In this document: positions 58,812 to 64,000 of the stretch, piece by piece
How positions within the stretch are numbered: the stretch's first letter is position 1
How the letters are laid out: each line of letters begins with the position of its first letter
Origin: an uncultured bacterium
Lineage (GTDB): Bacteria; Chloroflexota; UBA5177; JANWHV01
Assembly: GCA_963729625.1 (NCBI GenBank)
Contig: CAVSOU010000010.1
Coordinates: forward strand, 896,001 to 960,000
Direction: 5' to 3'
Length of the DNA stretch: 64,000 bases
Program-made: the position numbers and the translations under genes
Notes under the pieces: model-generated
The model's input: only the letters and a program-made list of their open reading frames with translations
Databases searched by the model: none
Told to the model about the DNA's origin: nothing

Positions 58812-59620
58812 CTATCCTCACCAGATACTCTGCCGGCCGTGCCGGCGACGCACGAACAACCTGGCCGCCAGTGGTGCCCGACACTCCCCGACGCGAGCGC
58901 CAGGGTGCGCAAGCGTCTCGGCGTATCGCGTCAACTGGCAGGCAAGTCCGTGACAGATGGATTGTAAACCGCGGCGCGCGTACCTCCAAGGGACAGTGAG
59001 CCGCAAGTCTCCGAGACTGGTGATCGCCGGTCCATGGTTACGGCACATCGTGCTTCACTCACTCGATGCACGGACAGGGCTGCCCGAATTGAACGACGCA
59101 CCTGTTGGGACAGTTGTCGGGCACACCACGCGCCGTTCGGAATGTGTATACTCTATCCAATCACCGCTGCCCATGATGGCTAGTGGAGAGTTCGACATTG
59201 TATCGTCGTCGTCTCCTAGCTTGCTTACGGACGTTCGTGTAGTTTGAGGTATGCGGGATCGTGCCACGGCATTTGAGCAAATCGACGCACTCGTCGTCGC
59301 GATTCCGCGTAGGTGGTCAGCAATGGCGCGTGCCAATCATGGTCGGATCACGTCGCGTTCGCGCCCGAAGCGAGGCGAGACCACAAATTGGCTTTGCTAA
59401 AGGAGGTTGAAGAGAGCAGATACTGACCGGAAGGGAGGAGTAGACGGCGCGACCTGCGGGTCGGGCATGACAAGTGCCGGAGCTGCATCAGGTAGTGCGT
59501 CGAACTCCTGTAGCAGCGTGGGACACGTAATCAATGATCGGCTCGCAGATAGTTGTTGCTCTGCCATGGCTATCAATTCATTCATCCCAGGAATTGCTGC
59601 ATAAGTGAGGGAATGTACCC

Positions 59621-60925
59621 ATGACGAAATCTCAACAGGCGCTTCGTGGACTCGGAGCGGTTGCCCTGGCTTCACTCCTGTTAGGCAATGCCATGCCGCG
59701 GGCGGCTCATGCGACGGCAAGCCGCGCCAGTGCGACGGTAACCATCGGCGTCAGCGTTCCGATCCTCCAGCTGGCCGACCTTGCCAACGGTATCGCCCGA
59801 GGCGTAAAGGTTGCGGCAGCCCAGGCAAATGCCAGTAACTTGGTGCCCGGCGTCACGTTTAAGGTCACGGTCCTGGACGATACTATCAATAACGCCAACA
59901 ACCCCGAGAAGGATGCCGCGAACGCCCGTTCGTTCATCGCGGACAACACGGTAATCGGCGAGGTGGGCCCGCTCAACACCGGTTCCGCCAAAGGTTCCGA
60001 GGCGGTATACAACCAGGCCGGACTGCTGCAGATCAGCCCCTCAAACACGAATCCCGACCTGACGAATCCCAAGTTTCGCGCCAAGTACGAGCCGCGCACC
60101 GCGTCTGGTAAAGGCCCTATCACCTACTTCCGCACGGTAACAAACGACATCCATCAGGGCCAGGATGACGCGGTCTATGCCGTGAAAGTGCTCAAGGCCA
60201 AGCGGATAGCCGTGACCGACAATACCGACCCATACGGCGTTGGCCTTGCCTCGTACTTCAAGTCAGAAGCCGTGAAGCTGGGCGCCACGATTGTCGGTAC
60301 CGGCGAGCTGGACCTCACGCAGCCCAAGCTGGGAGCGGACCAGGTAGCCCGAAATATCGCCAACGTCAGTGGCGGCAAGGTCGACCTGGTGTTCTTTGGC
60401 GGCGAGTATGACCCACATGCCGGTGGCGGCACCTTCCTCGCCGACGCTCTCAAGGCAGCAGGTTTGAACAGTTACTTCATGGGCGGCGATGGTCTCTACT
60501 CTCAGGACTTCATCACCCCCAGCGCCAACGGCGGCGTGCTGAAGGCCTACGCCAGCAGCATCGGACCCGATGCCCAGAACTTCCCCGCCGCGAAGTCCTT
60601 TCTGGCCGCGGAAGCCAAGCAGTTCCCTGGCACTAACACGGCTGCGTACGACGTCGAGTCCTACGATGCGGCAAACCTGATCATCCAGGCCTATGCTCAG
60701 GCCGTGAAGGCCGGCAAGGTCAAGGTCGGCCAGGCAGAGGACGTCGCCTCCCGCTCGATCCTCGCCAGCTATGTTGGCATGACCAAGAACTATCCCGGCG
60801 GGTCAGGCAGCATCACCTTCGACGCCAACGGCGACCTCACCAGTTTCGTCGTCTCGATGTACAAGGTCGTCGGCTCCGGCAAGACCGCTCACTGGATTTA
60901 CGCCGGCCTGGCGCCACAGCCTTAG
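59621..60925 (+). CDS. livK: Branched-chain amino acid ABC substrate-binding protein
   Basis: Signal peptide, QISPSNTNPDLT, YFRTV.ND, MGGDG, ITFDANGD. Confidence 0.85.
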   Translation: MTKSQQALRGLGAVALASLLLGNAMPRAAHATASRASATVTIGVSVPILQLADLANGIARGVKVAAAQANASNLVPGVTFKVTVLDDTINNANNPEKDAANARSFIADNTVIGEVGPLNTGSAKGSEAVYNQAGLLQISPSNTNPDLTNPKFRAKYEPRTASGKGPITYFRTVTNDIHQGQDDAVYAVKVLKAKRIAVTDNTDPYGVGLASYFKSEAVKLGATIVGTGELDLTQPKLGADQVARNIANVSGGKVDLVFFGGEYDPHAGGGTFLADALKAAGLNSYFMGGDGLYSQDFITPSANGGVLKAYASSIGPDAQNFPAAKSFLAAEAKQFPGTNTAAYDVESYDAANLIIQAYAQAVKAGKVKVGQAEDVASRSILASYVGMTKNYPGGSGSITFDANGDLTSFVVSMYKVVGSGKTAHWIYAGLAPQP

Positions 60926-60942
60926 GCTTCGACGCAATGGCC

Positions 60943-60983
60943 CAGAGCAGGAGGGGCGGCAGCGCGCCGTCCCTCCTGCTCTG
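60943..60983 (+). terminator. Strong intercistronic stem-loop after SBP gene
   Basis: CAGAGCAGGAGGGGCGGC-5 nt-GCCGTCCCTCCTGCTCTG. Confidence 0.5.
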
Positions 60984-61016
60984 TGAACATCACACCGAAC
61001 CTTACACTATGCGAGG

Positions 61017-61988
61017 TTGCGTTTGAACCAGTTCTTAACAGACTTACCGAACACGCTGGTGAGCGGCCTGGCGCTGGGGATGATGTATGCGCTTATTGCC
61101 CTCGGCTATACGCTGGTATACGGCATCCTGGAGCTGATCAACTTCGCGCATGGCGACGTGTTCATGCTGGGAGGCCTGTTCTCGTGGGCAATACTCCAGG
61201 ATCTGTTTGGAGGCCCAATAAGCAACAACTATGGTGTGCTCACGGGCGGTATGCTGATTGCCGCTTTTGTCGTGGCATTTATGGTTGCAATGGCGGGCTG
61301 TGGTGCGGTCGGCTTTGTCATCGAGCGCTTCGCCTATCGACCTTTGCGCGGGGCGCCCAAGCTCGCGCCGCTTGTCACGGCAATCGGCGTCTCATTCATC
61401 ATCGAAAATGCAACCCTGGTCTGGCAGATAGGCACGAATAATGGTGCGATCTCCTACCCCAGCCTGATCAATCCGCAGTACCTGCCGTTCCTGGGTCTCA
61501 GCATTTCCAATAAGGCCATTATCGTTTTTATTACCGCGCCGCTGCTCATGATGGGCCTTCTGTACCTGGTTGGCAGCACGAAGATCGGAAAGGCGATGCG
61601 CGCCACGGCTCAAGATCCCGAGGCCGCTCGCATGATGGGGATCGACATAAATCGCGTCATTTCGTTCACCTTTGTCGTCGGCTCCATCCTCGCCGGCGCC
61701 GCCGGTGTGATCTACGGTCTGTACTACAATTCGATCGACTATTCCATTGGTTTCCTGGCCGGGCTCAAGGCATTCACGGCCGCCGTATTGGGCGGTATCG
61801 GGAATATCCGGGGCGCCATGCTTGGCGGCCTGCTCGTGGGAGAAGTTGAGGCGCTGGTGGATGCCATCGACGCATCCCAGGGAGTCGGCCTGCAGTGGGC
61901 CGAGCCTGCGGTGTTTGCAGTACTGATGATGGTGCTGATCTTCCGGCCCACCGGCTTGCTCGGCGCTCAAGTCGTGGATAAGGCATGA
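61017..61988 (+). CDS. livH: Branched-chain amino acid ABC permease
   Basis: YALIALGYTLVYG, INFAHGD, KAFTAAVLGGIG, RPTGLLG. Confidence 0.92.
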   Translation: MRLNQFLTDLPNTLVSGLALGMMYALIALGYTLVYGILELINFAHGDVFMLGGLFSWAILQDLFGGPISNNYGVLTGGMLIAAFVVAFMVAMAGCGAVGFVIERFAYRPLRGAPKLAPLVTAIGVSFIIENATLVWQIGTNNGAISYPSLINPQYLPFLGLSISNKAIIVFITAPLLMMGLLYLVGSTKIGKAMRATAQDPEAARMMGIDINRVISFTFVVGSILAGAAGVIYGLYYNSIDYSIGFLAGLKAFTAAVLGGIGNIRGAMLGGLLVGEVEALVDAIDASQGVGLQWAEPAVFAVLMMVLIFRPTGLLGAQVVDKA

Positions 61989-63223
61989 GCCATATGGCGA
62001 CAACCGCATCAGCTCGTCGCAGCAGGTTGCTCTGGACATTGCAGCGCAACCGCAAACTGCTCATAGGCTGGGGCACGCTGGCGATCTTCGCCCTGATATT
62101 CCCCGTTCTCATCAGCTCGACCGGGCAGCTCCAGGTCATTACCGGCGATGTGGTTGAGGGCGAGATCTATGCGATGCTGGCACTTGGTTTGAACGTCGTC
62201 GTCGGCTTCGCGGGCCTGCTCGACCTCGGTTATGCTGCTTTCTTTGCCATCGGCGCCTACTCGTTCGGCATGCTCTGCTCGTCACACTTTACACCGACGA
62301 GCACGTTCAGCAGCCCTTTCATCAGCTGGGGTCCGGGCGGCGTTCATGCCAACTTCTGGTGGTTCCTGCCGATCTGTGCTCTGCTGGCGGCCGGCTTTGG
62401 CGCCATCCTCGGCGCCCCCACGCTCAGGCTGCGAGGCGACTACCTTGCAATCGTCACCCTCGGCTTTGGCGAGATCGTGCACAAGATTGTCGCGAACCTG
62501 GGTCCAGGCGCCACGCTCACGGCCTTCGGCTGGCCGGACATCACCGGAGGCACGAATAGCCTCGACGGCATCTTCGCGCCGAGCATTGGCGGGCTGCAGT
62601 TCGGGCAGTCCGACCAGGTGCCCTGGTACTACCTGGGCCTGGCAATCCTCGCCGTGATCATCGTGATCGCCTACAGCCTGCAGTCCTCACGTCTTGGACG
62701 TGCCTGGGTCGCGATGCGTGAAGATGAGCTCGCCGCGTCGTGCATGGGCATTAACATCATGCGCACAAAACTGATGGCCTTTGTGATGGGCGCCTTCTTC
62801 TCGGGCTTCGCCGGAGTGATCCAGGGAAGCCGCCTCGGCTTGGTCGATCCGTCCCAGTTCACATTCCTGGTCTCGATCTCCATACTGGTCATGGTCGTGC
62901 TCGGCGGCCAGGGCAGCGTGCCGGGCGTCGTACTGGGTGCCGGGCTAATCGCGTTCATGCAGTATTATCTGCTGCCGAATCTCAATAATTGGGCTTCCGA
63001 TGTGGGCAACAAAGTCAGCGTGTTGAGTTTCCTCCAGAATGTCGATTTTGTGCAGTCGCAGTACTTGATCTTCGGCATCATGCTCGTTCTGATGATGATT
63101 TTCCGCCGCGAGGGGTTGATCCCCAGCGCCACGCGCCGCCGCGAGCTTGCCCCTGGAGAAGAGTCGGTACTGGCGGAAGAGAACATCCAGCTCTACGATG
63201 TGCGCAGTGGAGGTGCAACGTGA
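61985..63223 (+). CDS. livM: Branched-chain amino acid ABC permease
   Basis: LGLNVVVGFAGLLDLGY, LRLRGDYLAIVTLGFGEI, REDELAA. Confidence 0.92.
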   Translation: MSHMATTASARRSRLLWTLQRNRKLLIGWGTLAIFALIFPVLISSTGQLQVITGDVVEGEIYAMLALGLNVVVGFAGLLDLGYAAFFAIGAYSFGMLCSSHFTPTSTFSSPFISWGPGGVHANFWWFLPICALLAAGFGAILGAPTLRLRGDYLAIVTLGFGEIVHKIVANLGPGATLTAFGWPDITGGTNSLDGIFAPSIGGLQFGQSDQVPWYYLGLAILAVIIVIAYSLQSSRLGRAWVAMREDELAASCMGINIMRTKLMAFVMGAFFSGFAGVIQGSRLGLVDPSQFTFLVSISILVMVVLGGQGSVPGVVLGAGLIAFMQYYLLPNLNNWASDVGNKVSVLSFLQNVDFVQSQYLIFGIMLVLMMIFRREGLIPSATRRRELAPGEESVLAEENIQLYDVRSGGAT

Positions 63224-64000
63224 GCACCGTCGCCGCCACCGCTCAGCCAGCGCTCGGCTCCACGGCTCAGCCAGGGCCGCTCCTGCAAACGATCAAGTTA
63301 ACCAAGACGTTCGGCGGTCTCGCCGCGGTGCAGAATATCGACTTCCAGATCCGTGCCGGAGAGATCGTCGGCGTCATCGGCCCAAACGGCGCCGGAAAGT
63401 CCACGTTCTTCAACCTGATTACCGGCCTCTACAAGCCGACCTCAGGCCGCATCTTTGTCGCGGGCAAGGATGTCACTGGCCGCAAGCCTGATGCGGTCCT
63501 GCGGGCCGGGGTGGCCCGCACGTTCCAGAACATTCGGCTGTTCCAGAACATGACTGTGCTGGAGAATGTGCTTGTCGGATACCATTCGCGCCTAACGTCG
63601 CAGGTCTTCGGCGACGTGCTCAAGCTTCCGCACACCCGCAAGGAGGAGAGCGAGGCGCATCGGCGAGCGCTTGAGGTGCTGCGGTTCTTTGGTACTCGCT
63701 TGCTCGCCCAACGCCACGATCTGGCGCGCAATCTTGCCTACGCCGATCGCCGCATGCTCGAGATCGCGCGGGCCATGGCCTCGTATCCCAAGCTGCTTCT
63801 GCTGGACGAGCCCACCGCCGGCATGAACCCTGCCGAGACCGACGCAGCCATTCGTCTCATCGCAACGATTCGATCCAATGACCTTGGCATCATCTTGATC
63901 GAACATAAGCTCAACGTGGTGATGGGCATGTCCGACCGCGTCGTCGTACTCGATTACGGGCAACAGATCGCCGAGGGCACGCCACGCGAGGTACAGACCA
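63220..64000 (+). CDS. livG: Branched-chain amino acid ABC ATP-binding protein (runs off window end)
   Basis: GTGA overlap with livM; FGGLAAV, IGPNGAGKST, RTFQNIRLF, LLLDEPTAGMN. Confidence 0.9.
   Translation, partial: MSTVAATAQPALGSTAQPGPLLQTIKLTKTFGGLAAVQNIDFQIRAGEIVGVIGPNGAGKSTFFNLITGLYKPTSGRIFVAGKDVTGRKPDAVLRAGVARTFQNIRLFQNMTVLENVLVGYHSRLTSQVFGDVLKLPHTRKEESEAHRRALEVLRFFGTRLLAQRHDLARNLAYADRRMLEIARAMASYPKLLLLDEPTAGMNPAETDAAIRLIATIRSNDLGIILIEHKLNVVMGMSDRVVVLDYGQQIAEGTPREVQT

Noticed and set aside
59173-59247. Short ORF as a BCAA attenuation leader peptide for liv
   Set aside because: There is no run of Leu/Ile/Val codons, no SD and no terminator/antiterminator pair.

Overview
GC-rich bacterial chromosomal segment, most likely Chloroflexota (inferred from an NBR1-Ig/PT-tailed amidase, a Chloroflexi-type repeat on a DD-carboxypeptidase, and the rsmD-coaD-yceD-rpmF-fabD-accC-asp23-nusB-acpP order). 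From left to right it holds a maltose/trehalose utilisation locus (ABC transporter, GH65 phosphorylase, beta-PGM, two GH13), fabG-fabD-fabF, serC-serA, an N-terminally truncated DnaA paralog, a MaoC pair and a core fatty-acid/translation cluster. These are followed by csoR-osmC, a ~6.3 kb partly disrupted island bounded by a duplicated regulatory element, a corrinoid protein/UroD-fold/sugar-ABC/dehydratase cluster, uppP, a Ser/Thr kinase and the start of a liv operon. The strongest novelty candidate is the DnaA paralog. It lacks domains I/II, the arginine finger and sensor II, keeps the DnaA-box-binding domain IV, and sits under an array of about 10 DnaA boxes away from dnaN/rpmH. No tRNA, rRNA, CRISPR array or transposase was recognised. 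Several single-base frameshifts may be assembly errors. All calls come from reading motifs by eye; no database search was run.
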